This document shows, one piece after another, positions 47,052-57,731 of a DNA stretch of 64,000 bases. The notes under the pieces are model-generated. The model saw nothing but the letters and a program-made list of their open reading frames with translations, searched no databases and was not told where the DNA came from. The stretch comes from Gammaproteobacteria bacterium (lineage in GTDB: Bacteria > Pseudomonadota > Gammaproteobacteria > GCA-001735895), in contig JBNKPX010000002.1 in assembly GCA_050295575.1 (NCBI GenBank), forward strand, positions 1,817 through 65,816, in the 5' to 3' direction. Each line of letters opens with the position of its first letter. Position 1 is the stretch's first letter. The position numbers were made by a program, and so were the translations under genes.

Positions 47052-48879
47052 TGAATTACTCCCCTATTACGAAAAAGAGCTAGCATTCATTCGACAAATG
47101 GGAGCTGAATTTGCTAATGAACACCCCAAGATAGCTGGTCGTCTGGGTATCAGTGCCGACACCATAGAAGACCCTCACGTCTCTCGTTTAATAGAAAGCT
47201 TCGCCTATTTAAACGCACGCATTCAGCATAAACTGGATGACGACTTTCCTGAGCTAAGCGATGCTCTGCTGGAAGTACTCTTTCCGCATTATCAACGGCC
47301 TATTCCTTCAACCAGCATCATTCAATTTGTAGCCGATCCAGAAAAACTCGAATCGACCTACAAGATTGATAAAAACACCATACTTGATACTGAATCATTC
47401 AATGGTGAAACCTGCCGTTTTAGTACCGCATTCGAGACTCTAATACACCCTCTAAAGGTTGCAGAAGCTCGCGTCATGGGTCGCCCATTTACCACACCTG
47501 GCTCCAGTCAATTTAAAGGTGCTGAAGCAGTCGTCAGGCTATCTCTACAAACCTTGACAGAAGATATTAATTTAGCTGAACAGAAACCCGGAGCAATTCG
47601 ATTTTATCTAAAAGGTCAGCCACAGCATATTAATCCCCTGTATGAACTGTTAATGGGTAAATGCCTGGCAATCTATATGGCTTCATCAGAAAGCGACTCC
47701 AGCCCGGTGAGACTGCCTGTCACCTGCCTGAAGCCAGTAGGCTTTGGTATTGATGAAGGGCTATTACCTTATCCAGACACCTCATTTATGGGCTACCGCC
47801 TGTTAACAGAGTACTTTGCCTTCCCAGAAAAATTTATGTTTTTCGAACTCGACGATTTCGCACATAAGATTTCAGCTGAATATAGCAATACACTGGAATT
47901 TTATATCTATCTTAATGACAGCGACGTAGAACTTGAACATAATATCTCTGCGGAAACATTTCAGCTGGGATGCGTTCCCACTGTTAACCTGTTTCCACAT
48001 CGAGCCGACCCGATAAAACTGAAGCATACAGCTAGCGAATATCAAATCATACCTGATGCCCGTCGCCCAAAAGGCTATGAGGTGTATGCCTTGAACAAGG
48101 TTACAGCGACAACTTCAGCAGGAGATAGCGAAACCTATCTACCTTTGTACGGGATAAATCATGAACAGCAGAATCAGGAAAACTATGCCTACTGGTTCAG
48201 CACACGTAGACATGCAAAATTAGGCCTGGAACAACGCGACGAGGCAAGTGATGTATTTCTGAGCCTGGTTGACCTGAACTTTAACCCTAACATCCCTGAT
48301 GACCGAACACTAATTCTGGAAACCATTTGCAGTAACCGTGATCAGCCAGCAAAACTTCCATTTTCAAGTGAACAACCAAAACTGCAAGCGGTTGATGCTG
48401 CTCCTCCCTGTTCACGCATACGTTGTGTAACTCAGCCCTCCCCGGCGATTCGACCTTCGATGCGTAATAATGCACGCTGGCGATTAATATCTCACCTGAG
48501 CCTAAATCACCTGTCGATCAGCGGGGGGGATGATGCCGTCACTGCATTAAAAGAAATTCTCAGACTTTACGATTTCAAAGACTCGTCAGCAAATCGTGCT
48601 CAGATTGAATCTATAAACAGGGTATCGACACGACCGATTACGGCACCCTTAAATATCGATGGTCGTACGGCACTATGCAGAGGTATTGAGATAGAAATTG
48701 AACTGGATAGCGCTCAAATGACGGGTAATAGCAGCTTTATGTTTGCGACCATACTAGAACACTTTTTTGCGCTTTATAGCTCCATCAATTCATTCACCAG
48801 AGTACTGGTTAAATTAAAAAATAAAGAAGGTTATCTTAAGAAATGCCCACCAAGAGCTGGCGAAAAAATATTCCTGTAA
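47044..48879 (+). CDS. tssF: T6SS baseplate protein TssF
   Basis: MPDELLPYYEKELAFIRQMGAEFANEHPKIAGRL signature. GAGGAGG RBS lies before ATG 47044. 8-nt overlap with tssE. Confidence 0.93.
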   Translation: MPDELLPYYEKELAFIRQMGAEFANEHPKIAGRLGISADTIEDPHVSRLIESFAYLNARIQHKLDDDFPELSDALLEVLFPHYQRPIPSTSIIQFVADPEKLESTYKIDKNTILDTESFNGETCRFSTAFETLIHPLKVAEARVMGRPFTTPGSSQFKGAEAVVRLSLQTLTEDINLAEQKPGAIRFYLKGQPQHINPLYELLMGKCLAIYMASSESDSSPVRLPVTCLKPVGFGIDEGLLPYPDTSFMGYRLLTEYFAFPEKFMFFELDDFAHKISAEYSNTLEFYIYLNDSDVELEHNISAETFQLGCVPTVNLFPHRADPIKLKHTASEYQIIPDARRPKGYEVYALNKVTATTSAGDSETYLPLYGINHEQQNQENYAYWFSTRRHAKLGLEQRDEASDVFLSLVDLNFNPNIPDDRTLILETICSNRDQPAKLPFSSEQPKLQAVDAAPPCSRIRCVTQPSPAIRPSMRNNARWRLISHLSLNHLSISGGDDAVTALKEILRLYDFKDSSANRAQIESINRVSTRPITAPLNIDGRTALCRGIEIEIELDSAQMTGNSSFMFATILEHFFALYSSINSFTRVLVKLKNKEGYLKKCPPRAGEKIFL

Positions 48880-49958
48880 TCGATACGCTGACACAGTCGG
48901 CTTATGATTACTCTTTCCAGCAATCAGTTCGATTGCTGGAACGCTCAGCTGTATACGATAAAAAACTATCTAATGCTCAGGTTGCCACCAGTCCTGTTTC
49001 AAGCTTTTCACCACCAGCCAATGAAGCCATTCGCTTTAAAACGCATCAATCTCTGGCTTTCCCATCTGGTGAAATCAAAAGCATCCAGAAATACAGCTCT
49101 AAAAATCATACGGATAAGCAATGGCAGCTGATCATTAATTTCCTTGGCATCAGTGGTGTTCAAGGGGTATTGCCCTATCATTACAGTGAGCTCATTCTGA
49201 AAAGACAAAAGGTGAAGGATGAAACGCTGGAACATTTTCTCAATCTTTTCAATCATCGTACGATCTCCCTGTTCTACAAGGCGTCGGTAAAATACAGATT
49301 ACCAGTACAGTATGAAAGAAACCTGCTGCATAGCTCTTCACGTAAAAAAACCGATCAGCATTCACAGGCCCTGTTATCACTGATAGGCCTCGGAACAGCG
49401 GGTCTGGATAACCGACTTTATACCCGTGATGAATCGCTAATTTATTATGCGGGCCTGTTTAATCAGAAAATTCGCAATACCAGCAACCTGAAACAGATTC
49501 TTAAAACCCATTTCAATATACCGGTCCAGGTGGAACAGTTTATAGGTCAATGGAAAGAACTGATTGATGATGTGAGATCTAAATTACCCGACTTTAATAA
49601 TCCAATGGGACGCAATGCACAATTGGGTCGATCGTTAATGATTGGAAAAAAAGGCTGGTTTGCACAGGGAAAAATACGCATAATCCTTGGCCCATTAGAT
49701 AAAGCTCAATTAGACCGTTTCGCACCGGGTACTGTCACCCTTAAAGCCTTAAACGAACTGGTCAGGATGTATGTAGGCATGGAAAATGATTATGAATTTC
49801 GTATACGAATTTACAAACGAGATAAACCTGAGAGAATCAGTCTTAGTGCAAAAACACCCTCAATAATTGGCTGGGATACCTGGCTTACCAGTAAACCGGG
49901 GCGCTACACAGAAGATGAAACTCAGGATATATCGATAAGTTCAAGTAGATTCAGGTAA
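48843..49958 (+). CDS. tssG: T6SS baseplate protein TssG
   Basis: 371 aa. N-terminal YDYSFQQSVRLLER motif. Overlaps the tssF end. Confidence 0.9.
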   Translation: MPTKSWRKNIPVIDTLTQSAYDYSFQQSVRLLERSAVYDKKLSNAQVATSPVSSFSPPANEAIRFKTHQSLAFPSGEIKSIQKYSSKNHTDKQWQLIINFLGISGVQGVLPYHYSELILKRQKVKDETLEHFLNLFNHRTISLFYKASVKYRLPVQYERNLLHSSSRKKTDQHSQALLSLIGLGTAGLDNRLYTRDESLIYYAGLFNQKIRNTSNLKQILKTHFNIPVQVEQFIGQWKELIDDVRSKLPDFNNPMGRNAQLGRSLMIGKKGWFAQGKIRIILGPLDKAQLDRFAPGTVTLKALNELVRMYVGMENDYEFRIRIYKRDKPERISLSAKTPSIIGWDTWLTSKPGRYTEDETQDISISSSRFR

Positions 49959-50068
49959 GACCTAAGTATGAAAAAAACAGGCTCAGGGAAGTAAAATAAT
50001 TCCCCCGTATTCAGTTAAAACATTCAACCAAATAACAATGATGTCACTACTCATTAAAGGATCAAAGC

Positions 50069-52756
50069 ATGATAACAATTGACTTAAAATCACTAGTTGG
50101 AAAACTCAATGAAAACTGCCGAGCAGGGCTCGAAGGGGCAGCAGGACTTTGTCTGGCACGCACGCATTATAATGTTGAAATTGAGCACTGGATTCTAAAA
50201 TTACTGGAAACACCTGATAGCGATATTGTTGCACTGGTTGAAAAGTTCGAGTTAGACCAGGGTAAGTTGATGGCTGATCTTAATAAAGAACTTGATCGAT
50301 TAAAATCAGGCAATACACGCGCACCAGCCCTCTCGCCTAATGTCGTAGAGCTGAGTAAAAATGCCTGGATGCTGGCATCGGTAGAATACAGTCATCCACA
50401 AACTACATCTGCACATATACTGGCGGCACTATTGCTGGATGATAGCCTGCGTCGCTCGACTGAAATAACATCAGGAGAGCTTAAGAAAATTGCTCCCGAA
50501 TCATTACGTGCCGTGTTACCCAGTATTGTCGGCAGCACCAGTGAATCAGTTTCAGTAGCTATTGGAGATACCTCGGATTCACAAAAATCTACTTCAGCGA
50601 CACCAACCAGCACCCCTTCGCTGGACAAATTCACCATCAACCTGACCCAGGATGCTAAAAACGGCAAGATAGACCCTGTACTGGGGCGTGACGAGGAAAT
50701 CCGACAGATTGTCGATATACTGATCCGCCGCCGTCAGAACAACCCTATCCTCACTGGTGAAGCCGGTGTGGGTAAAACTGCCGTAGTTGAAGGCTTTGCC
50801 TTACGTATTGCTTCTGGTGACGTGCCTGCACCACTTAGAGGTGTGACCGTGCTAAGTCTCGATCTGGGCCTGTTACAGGCAGGAGCCAGCGTCAAGGGTG
50901 AGTTTGAAAACCGTCTGAAATCAGTCATTGCAGAAGTCAAGGCTTCACCAGACCCAATCATCATGTTCATCGATGAAGCCCACACCATGATAGGTGCTGG
51001 TGGCAAAGAGGGACAGGGAGATGCCGCCAACCTGCTCAAGCCAGCGCTTGCTCGCGGTGAGTTAAGAACTATTGCCGCTACTACCTGGGCAGAATATAAA
51101 AAATACTTCGAACGCGATCCTGCTTTGACTCGACGCTTTCAGGTGGTAAAGATTGAGGAACCCGACGAATCTAAAGCCATCGATATGATGCGTGCCATCT
51201 CAACCATGTTATCCATCCACCATGGCGTACGCATTATGGATGAAGCCATCGTCGCATCGGTTAAACTCTCCAGTCGTTATATCACCGCACGACAATTGCC
51301 CGATAAATCGGTCAGCCTGCTGGATACCGCCTGTGCACGCGTCGCACTCAGCCAGAGTGCTACACCCGCAGCCGTCGAAGACACGCAGAGACGCATCACT
51401 CAAACCGAAGCCAATATTATTTCCCTGCAACGTGAGAATGCCACGCTGGGCAATTGCGATGATCGCATTGCAGAATTAGAGCAGGAAACAATAGCGCTAA
51501 AAGAAGAACTGGAAACACAAAAAGAGCAGTGGGAAAAGGAAAAAGAAATTGTTTCTCAGATACACAAGTTACAGAGCAGCATAGAAGATGATTTTCATGC
51601 TCAGGGCCTATCCAAAGAAGAAATGGCTGAGCCTGATGCGCTGCAACAGCTACCCGAAGAAGACCGCGAACGCATTAAAGCCGAGTTACATCAATTGATG
51701 CAGCAATTAACCGAGGTGCAATCTGGCAACCCAATGATACAGGTTAATGTAGACGGTCAGGCTATAGCCGAAGTGGTGGCCAACTGGACAGGTATACCCG
51801 TAGGTAAAATGGTATCCGACGAAATTCATTCAATCCTTGATCTTGCCGATAGGCTTAATGAGCGAGTGATCGGCCAGAGACATGCACTTGAATCAATCGC
51901 CAAAAGCATCCGTACCTCACGTGCAGGACTAACCGACCCACGCAAACCGATTGGCGTGTTCTTTATGGCTGGCCCCAGTGGCGTCGGAAAAACCGAAACC
52001 GCTCTGGCACTGGCCGAGGTGCTATACGGCGGCGAACACAATGTCACAACCATCAACATGTCCGAATTCAAGGAAGAACACAAAGTCTCTATGTTGCTGG
52101 GTTCACCTCCTGGTTATGTCGGATTTGGCGAAGGCGGTGTACTTACCGAAGCGGTAAGGCGTAAGCCCTATAGTATTGTTTTACTGGATGAAATGGAAAA
52201 AGCCCACCCCGGCGTGCAGGATATTTTTTACAATGTTTTTGATAAAGGCACCATCAAGGATGGTGAAGGCAGAGATATAGACTTTAAAAATACCATCATC
52301 ATCATGACCTCCAATGCCGGAGAGGAACACATCCGAGCCATCTGTGCACAGGCTGAAGAGCTACCTGATCCAGAGGTATTACTGGATAATTTCCGTCCAC
52401 AGCTGCTGCATTATTTTAAGCCCGCTTTCCTGGGTCGGACTACGCTAATCCCTTATTACCCCTTAGGTGATGAAGACCTGCTAAAAATCACCAAAATCAA
52501 TATGAACAGGATTGCGAAACGCGTTAAAGATCACTACAACGCTGAATTCAGTTATAACGAAGATGTCATGCTGCATATAGTCGCACGCAGTCAGGAAGTG
52601 GATACTGGCGCCAGAAATATAGAAAACATTCTAACCCGTACCATGCTGCCTGAAATGGCTACCGAATGTTTGTCACGTATGGCAAATAATGAATCCATTG
52701 AAAAAATTCATGTTGATGTGGATGACGATGGTAAATTCAGCTACAGCATTTCCTGA
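50069..52756 (+). CDS. tssH: T6SS AAA+ ATPase ClpV (TssH)
   Basis: 895 aa. Clp N-domain. Two Walker A boxes (GEAGVGKT, GPSGVGKT) and a middle coiled coil. Confidence 0.95.
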   Translation: MITIDLKSLVGKLNENCRAGLEGAAGLCLARTHYNVEIEHWILKLLETPDSDIVALVEKFELDQGKLMADLNKELDRLKSGNTRAPALSPNVVELSKNAWMLASVEYSHPQTTSAHILAALLLDDSLRRSTEITSGELKKIAPESLRAVLPSIVGSTSESVSVAIGDTSDSQKSTSATPTSTPSLDKFTINLTQDAKNGKIDPVLGRDEEIRQIVDILIRRRQNNPILTGEAGVGKTAVVEGFALRIASGDVPAPLRGVTVLSLDLGLLQAGASVKGEFENRLKSVIAEVKASPDPIIMFIDEAHTMIGAGGKEGQGDAANLLKPALARGELRTIAATTWAEYKKYFERDPALTRRFQVVKIEEPDESKAIDMMRAISTMLSIHHGVRIMDEAIVASVKLSSRYITARQLPDKSVSLLDTACARVALSQSATPAAVEDTQRRITQTEANIISLQRENATLGNCDDRIAELEQETIALKEELETQKEQWEKEKEIVSQIHKLQSSIEDDFHAQGLSKEEMAEPDALQQLPEEDRERIKAELHQLMQQLTEVQSGNPMIQVNVDGQAIAEVVANWTGIPVGKMVSDEIHSILDLADRLNERVIGQRHALESIAKSIRTSRAGLTDPRKPIGVFFMAGPSGVGKTETALALAEVLYGGEHNVTTINMSEFKEEHKVSMLLGSPPGYVGFGEGGVLTEAVRRKPYSIVLLDEMEKAHPGVQDIFYNVFDKGTIKDGEGRDIDFKNTIIIMTSNAGEEHIRAICAQAEELPDPEVLLDNFRPQLLHYFKPAFLGRTTLIPYYPLGDEDLLKITKINMNRIAKRVKDHYNAEFSYNEDVMLHIVARSQEVDTGARNIENILTRTMLPEMATECLSRMANNESIEKIHVDVDDDGKFSYSIS

Positions 52757-52850
52757 TATGAATGATTCAGTAATGGCTCTGCATTCCAATACAAGCGACC
52801 TCTGGCAAACAGCACCTTAGCTGCTGTCGCGTCGTAAGGAGAGTATTGGT

Positions 52851-54257
52851 ATGATCAAAAATCGTAGTTATGTGCAGAGCTTACTCGTTTCTGTTTTGCT
52901 GTTCACTGGATTGCTGCTTACATCCACTGTATCAGCAAAACAGCATGAGTTACTCAGCACTATTGAAAAGCTGGATAAAAAATTTCAAAACTTATCCATA
53001 GAATATTTTCGTACTAATACAGCCCAGGCTGAAAAAATTCACGATATAGATAAACTAGCTACAGCTGTTAAAAATTTGCAGCAACAGCAAAATATCAATG
53101 CAGCAATTCAACTTATATTTACCAATATAGACACGCTAGAGCAAAATGCATTTCACCCTTCTTTAGTCGACTTCTTTAGATTCTTACTCGAACAAAATCA
53201 ATGGTTGATGGCTAATCAAATCCAGCAGATTATTCAAAAATCAGCTGACGATCTAAACCTGATGAAGTCAAATCTCTATCTCGCTGCCTTCTATGCTGAT
53301 CATCTAAAATGGTCAAAAACCTTAACGACACTGGGAGAAAACTTTGACCAGTTAGCTGATACCGATGCAGCCTATGCCCATTTATTACAGGGCACAGCGT
53401 TGCAACACCTCAAACAACATCGTAAAGCCATCAAATGTTATGAAAAAATCCCTCTAACCTCCGGTTATACAATATATGCTCAGTTAAATACCGCAATTGC
53501 TGATATTCGTCTGGGCTGGCTCAGTGATGCGCGCAAAAAGATTAAAGCCATGATAGAAAATCCTGATATTGATACCGATGAGGAAACCAGACATCGGCTG
53601 TATCTAATTTTAGGTTATGCATTGCTGCAAAAAGAATACTACCGTGATGCACGCACGGCTTTTCGCCATATCAGCCTCGATAGTCGCTACACCAGTAAGG
53701 CCTTACTGGGTATAGCACTGAGCGCCACCAATCAGGGCGATTATATTGGTGGACTGAGTGCATTAGCAAAATTAAAACAATTCAAAACCAACGATCTGCC
53801 CTACGATGAAGCCTTTCTGGTTCAGCCTCTGTTGTACCAGAAACTGAAGCAACCGCTATCGGTAGCATCCACCTATTCAGAAGCTGTCGATCACTATACC
53901 CAGCGACTGGCCGAGGTCGAGGCCTTAATCTCAGCAAAACTGAAGCCTGACAATTTACATTTAGATACTAAAACTGGTGATGTCACCATACAGCAGTTAA
54001 GACTTGAATATAGTCAGCTATACCCTGCTTCCTTTTTTACCAATCGCAGCAGTTTAATCAAGCAATTGAAAAACACATCGCAAAGTGCACTGAAAAAGAA
54101 AATTCAAACCCTACTGCATGAATACAATAAAGCCAGCAAAACGGTTCTGGACAATTTATTACAACAACGTCAGAAATTTTTAGCCAGTTACCTGAATCAG
54201 GCTCGTTACGGTCTTGCCCGCCACTACGACAACCAGCAACGGAGTGAGCAAAAATGA
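52851..54257 (+). CDS. secreted helical-repeat (TPR-like) protein, function unknown
   Basis: 468 aa. Signal peptide ...LLLTSTVSA/KQ and a TPR-like helical-pair pattern. AAGGAGAG RBS. Its stop overlaps the next gene's start by 4 nt. Confidence 0.6.
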   Translation: MIKNRSYVQSLLVSVLLFTGLLLTSTVSAKQHELLSTIEKLDKKFQNLSIEYFRTNTAQAEKIHDIDKLATAVKNLQQQQNINAAIQLIFTNIDTLEQNAFHPSLVDFFRFLLEQNQWLMANQIQQIIQKSADDLNLMKSNLYLAAFYADHLKWSKTLTTLGENFDQLADTDAAYAHLLQGTALQHLKQHRKAIKCYEKIPLTSGYTIYAQLNTAIADIRLGWLSDARKKIKAMIENPDIDTDEETRHRLYLILGYALLQKEYYRDARTAFRHISLDSRYTSKALLGIALSATNQGDYIGGLSALAKLKQFKTNDLPYDEAFLVQPLLYQKLKQPLSVASTYSEAVDHYTQRLAEVEALISAKLKPDNLHLDTKTGDVTIQQLRLEYSQLYPASFFTNRSSLIKQLKNTSQSALKKKIQTLLHEYNKASKTVLDNLLQQRQKFLASYLNQARYGLARHYDNQQRSEQK

Positions 54258-57064
54258 CTAGCCTGACACGCCTGTTGAAAACGATCATCCCGTTCATCAT
54301 CATAACTTTGCTGAGTGCCTGCCTGGCGGTACCGGATAGATCTACACAACCGAAAACCCTTAGCGAAATTGATAGAAAAGCCCCCAACAGCAAGGTTTTT
54401 GTTAAACATAAATCAGAAGAAGAGATCAGAAAGGCTTACACCGAATATTTAAATAACTCGGTAATAGACGATAAATCTCGTCTGGATGCCTTAACTCGAC
54501 TAGCAGAACTGGAATATAGCTCCAGTAACAAACTGATTAATGCTGACGGTGACATTGACAAGGTTAATCCAGTTGAAGAACAGCTCTACTATCAACGACT
54601 GGAAAGAACTATCGACCTGTTAAAAACATCGATCAGAGATTACCCTAAAGCCAAAGAAAACGGGATCCTGCTATATCAATTAGCCAAAGCTCAATCACAG
54701 AATAATCAACATAATGAATCCATAAAATCTTTAATCACGCTGGCTGAAAAATTTCCGAAGAGCCCTTTCTACATTGAAGCCCAATTCCGTATAGCCGAAG
54801 ACGCTTTTTCAAGACAGAGTTATAGTGAAGCAGAATATGCCTATAGTGAAGTCATCAATGCCCCTGGAAACGCCGTATTTTATGAAAAAGCACTGTTCAA
54901 GCGCGGCTGGGCACGCTTCAAGCAGCAATACTATTCAGACGCCAACGATGACTTTATCGAAGCCATAACAAACCATAATTTTAAAGCCCAGGACAAGCTC
55001 GACACCGCTGAAAAAGAACAGTTTGATGAGTACTTTCGTTCTATCGCACTTTCTTTTTCTTATTTAAACGATCCGCAACAACTGGCTAGCTATTTCCAGA
55101 ATCTTCCTGACTTCAGGTATACCTATCACACCTATGAAGTCATCAGCGAACTATTCCAGAAGCAGGAGCGTTATTCGGATGCAGTAAGAACCCATCGCCA
55201 GTTCATTAAAGATTTTCCAAAATCAGATAACATCCCCTACTCTTATCTGAAGATCATCGAAATCTGGAAAAACAGTGGTTTTAATCAGAAAATTTACCAG
55301 GCTATCGAAGCCTTTTACGTCAACTATAACCCCGACAGTAAGTACTGGATAAACCAGAATGAAGATTCAAAGGTTAATCGCCACATCAGACGCGCTTTAA
55401 GAGAGTACGTCGTATTGATGAGCGCCTATTACCATAACCGTTATCAATCCACTGCTGCAAAAGTCGATGTAGCCAATGCACAATTATGGTACCAGAGGTA
55501 TCTATCCCACTACGCTGCCTATGCACAGCAGGATAATATCTACTTTTTATATGCCGAGTTACTCACTCAACTTAAACAGGATGAAAAAGCCTTCAGTTAT
55601 TATGAGCAGGCCGCATTTGATAATGACCTGATCCTGAATAAAGAAGCAGCCTATGCATCGGTTATCAGTAGTGACAAGTTATTTCGCAAGCTGAAGCAGC
55701 AAGCCTATCTGGACAAACTTATTGATTACTCGCACAAGTTTGCGCAGCAGTTTACAGATGACAAACGGGCCCATCAGGTATCACTACATGCTGCAGAACT
55801 GGCCTATCAGTCACATAAATACAAAGAGACCATCGAACTGGCTGACCTTGCAGCGCCCAAAAGCCCTCCAAAATCACTGGCTTATATTAACAATCTAAAA
55901 GCTGCATCATACTTCAGCCTGAATGAGTTTGAGACTGCAGAAGAGATTTATGGCAAGCTGCTAAAATCAACAAAAGCCAGCGACAAGCAATACGCAAACT
56001 TCAAGAACAAACTAGCCTTAAGCATCTACCGACAGGGTGAAGCCAGTCAAAAAGCCGAGGATATCAACCGCTCTATCTATCATTACGCGCGAATCTCCGA
56101 AATCGTCCCCACTACGTCGACGGCAGCCACCGGCCTGTATGATGCCATTGCACTCAATATTCAACACAAGCAATGGAATTCATCGGTGAATCTAATCAAA
56201 CGATTCCAGAAACTTTACCCCAGGCATAAACGGGCTGCTGACGTATCCAAAAAACTTTCCCTGGCCTACCTGGGATCTAATCAGGGTATAAAAGCGGCAC
56301 AGGAATTTGAGAAGATTGCACAGGTAGATAATAACCGTGAAGTTCAGGCGGCAGCACTCTGGCAGGCTGCTGAACTGTATCAGGAAAAGAATAAAACCGA
56401 TGAAGCGATTAAAGCCTACAAAAAATACACTGAACAACCCAATATTCCGCATACACAACGCCTTGAAGCCAGTCAAAAGATTGCTCAGCTGTATGCGAAA
56501 AAAGGTAACCTCAAATACAGTAACATCTGGCTATACAGAATCCTCAAGGCTGATGGCAAGGCACTGAATAATGTGAAAACCGATCAAAGTCGTCAGATTA
56601 CCTCAGAGTCTTATCTGGCTCTGGCCCGCTTTGAGAAAAATCGCTTTGAAAACATCAAGCTGGTTAAACCACTGAAGAAAAACCTGCGTAATAAAAAACA
56701 GGCCATGCAAAGTTCTGTAGAATTATTTGCCAAGGCATCACTCAATAAAATTTATCCCATCGCCACAGAATCAACCTTCTCGATAGGGAAAATTTACCGC
56801 GACTTCAGTAAATCACTGTTAAATTCAGAACGTCCCGATAATCTGAATGCTGAAGAACTTGATCAGTATGAAATATTACTGGAAGATCAGGCTTTCCCAT
56901 TTGAGGATAAGGCCATTGAATTTTTTGAAATCAATTTAGCGCGCATTAAAGACGGCCTGTACAACGAGTGGATCCAGCAAAGTCATAAACAATTGATTTC
57001 ATTATTCCCGGTTCGCTATGACCGCAAACCTCGGGTCGATGATTACGTGAAGGAAATCAAATAA
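54254..57064 (+). CDS. large TPR-repeat lipoprotein
   Basis: 936 aa. Lipobox ITLLSAC. Many YbgF/BamD-type TPR units (e.g. PKSPFYIEAQFRIAEDAF, ALFKRGWARFKQQYYSDA). Confidence 0.8.
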   Translation: MTSLTRLLKTIIPFIIITLLSACLAVPDRSTQPKTLSEIDRKAPNSKVFVKHKSEEEIRKAYTEYLNNSVIDDKSRLDALTRLAELEYSSSNKLINADGDIDKVNPVEEQLYYQRLERTIDLLKTSIRDYPKAKENGILLYQLAKAQSQNNQHNESIKSLITLAEKFPKSPFYIEAQFRIAEDAFSRQSYSEAEYAYSEVINAPGNAVFYEKALFKRGWARFKQQYYSDANDDFIEAITNHNFKAQDKLDTAEKEQFDEYFRSIALSFSYLNDPQQLASYFQNLPDFRYTYHTYEVISELFQKQERYSDAVRTHRQFIKDFPKSDNIPYSYLKIIEIWKNSGFNQKIYQAIEAFYVNYNPDSKYWINQNEDSKVNRHIRRALREYVVLMSAYYHNRYQSTAAKVDVANAQLWYQRYLSHYAAYAQQDNIYFLYAELLTQLKQDEKAFSYYEQAAFDNDLILNKEAAYASVISSDKLFRKLKQQAYLDKLIDYSHKFAQQFTDDKRAHQVSLHAAELAYQSHKYKETIELADLAAPKSPPKSLAYINNLKAASYFSLNEFETAEEIYGKLLKSTKASDKQYANFKNKLALSIYRQGEASQKAEDINRSIYHYARISEIVPTTSTAATGLYDAIALNIQHKQWNSSVNLIKRFQKLYPRHKRAADVSKKLSLAYLGSNQGIKAAQEFEKIAQVDNNREVQAAALWQAAELYQEKNKTDEAIKAYKKYTEQPNIPHTQRLEASQKIAQLYAKKGNLKYSNIWLYRILKADGKALNNVKTDQSRQITSESYLALARFEKNRFENIKLVKPLKKNLRNKKQAMQSSVELFAKASLNKIYPIATESTFSIGKIYRDFSKSLLNSERPDNLNAEELDQYEILLEDQAFPFEDKAIEFFEINLARIKDGLYNEWIQQSHKQLISLFPVRYDRKPRVDDYVKEIK

Positions 57065-57080
57065 CAGGGTTAAGCGCATA

Positions 57081-57731
57081 ATGAAGACATCATCTACATA
57101 CACATCATCCCTGTTCTGCTCGAAAAGCATACGAGTTATTGCTGCATTTTTGGTACTACAACTATTCACTGCCTGTAGCCAGAAATCGCCACCGCCTCCA
57201 ACAGTGGAAACCGCACCGGTAAAAGTTCAGCCACAGACTCCGGTGATTGAAGATAAAGTAATAGATAGTGAAATGTATCAACAGGGTCTGGATGCATTAG
57301 CACTGAATGACTTCAGCAACGCAAAAAAAATATTTCAGCAATTCATCAAGGATAATCCCACTCTCTCGGGTGCCTACAGCAATCTGGCATTGATAGAATA
57401 TAAGCAGAAAAATTATGACCAGGCCTTGAAGTTAATAGAAATTGCAATCTCTATAAATCCACAGCAGGCGGCAGCCTTTCACTTAAGAGCTCTACTCTAT
57501 CTACAACAGGGCAAGATAAAACTCGCCCGTGATGATTATCAAATGGCTATCAAGTTTAAGCCAGATTACACTAACGCACACTATAACCTGGCCCTGCTTT
57601 ATGATATTTATCTACAGGAAATCGCGCTGGCGATAGAGCACTATAATATTTACCTGTCGCTCACCACGGAAAAAGATACCGCAACACGCGAGTGGGTTAA
57701 CCATCTGAAAAACACGCTGAAAAATGGCTAG
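57081..57731 (+). CDS. small TPR-repeat lipoprotein
   Basis: 216 aa. Lipobox QLFTAC. Canonical TPRs (AYSNLALIEYKQKNYDQALKLIEIAISINP...). Confidence 0.8.
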   Translation: MKTSSTYTSSLFCSKSIRVIAAFLVLQLFTACSQKSPPPPTVETAPVKVQPQTPVIEDKVIDSEMYQQGLDALALNDFSNAKKIFQQFIKDNPTLSGAYSNLALIEYKQKNYDQALKLIEIAISINPQQAAAFHLRALLYLQQGKIKLARDDYQMAIKFKPDYTNAHYNLALLYDIYLQEIALAIEHYNIYLSLTTEKDTATREWVNHLKNTLKNG

